Positions 63,546 through 64,000 of a stretch of DNA of 64,000 nt are shown here, piece by piece. Under the pieces are notes generated by a model, which had not been told where the DNA came from, made no database searches, and saw only the letters and a program-made list of their open reading frames with translations. A program made the position numbers and the translations under genes. Source of the stretch: Hemiscyllium ocellatum (Eukaryota); assembly GCF_020745735.1 (NCBI RefSeq), contig NC_083409.1, positions 19,426,341-19,490,340 on the forward strand. Direction: 5' to 3'. The stretch's first letter is position 1. Each line of letters starts with the position of its first letter.

Positions 63546-64000
63546 TCTGTTTCCTGATTGATTTCCTTCCCCACACCCTGATTACTGTTTGGAGACCTAA
63601 ACATAACTTGCATCAGATTCTTTATTTCTTGCGGTTCCTCAGCTCTACCCACACAGATTCTACACCTTCTGACTCTATATCACTTCTTGCCATTGATTTA
63701 ATTTCATTTCTTACTAACAAGGCAACACTTGCCCCTCCGTCCATCTGCCTATCCTTTTGATAGGACATGCATCCTTGGATATTTCGTTCCCAGCCCGGAT
63801 CCCCTTACAGCCATGTCTCTGTGATACCCACAACATCGTACCTGCTAGTTTCAATCTGCACTATAAGCTCATTGTGTATACTGTGTGCACTTAAGTACAA
63901 CACCCTCAGTCCTGCATTGACTGCCCTCCTTCCCATCATTGTCGTCTTATCTGCTGTGCTTTACGTTCGATACCTGATCCTTTCCACGCTCTCTGTCCTT

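Overview
Eukaryotic genomic DNA from a cartilaginous fish, probably an orectolobiform shark (inferred from the V/J sequence style and repeat content). The window holds two unrearranged kappa-type (type III/NS4-like) immunoglobulin light-chain V-J units arranged head-to-head. One is on the minus strand (J 2478-2512, V 3126-3427, leader 3614-3662) and one on the plus strand (leader 55842-55890, V 56077-56375, J 56867-56901). Each has a perfect 12-RSS and 23-RSS and matching promoter motifs. No C exon was found. The two units lie at the outer ends of an old inverted segmental duplication (about 1-24.9 kb mirrored by about 44.5-59.6 kb). A third, gene-less copy of the upstream region lies in the spacer (about 25.0-32.7 kb). 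The rest is mostly decayed CR1 LINEs, V-SINEs, Penelope-like elements carrying hammerhead-ribozyme-like motifs, Gypsy remnants and microsatellites. The most notable observations are: geometry that would allow inversional cross-cluster V-J joining; a triplicated non-coding module with a PU.1-IRF composite site and an E-box; a non-canonical FR3 loop in the left V; a telomere-like array expanded in one arm only; and dispersed minimal hammerheads. Repeat boundaries are approximate and were read by eye. Ig exon, RSS and motif coordinates were counted on the sequence.
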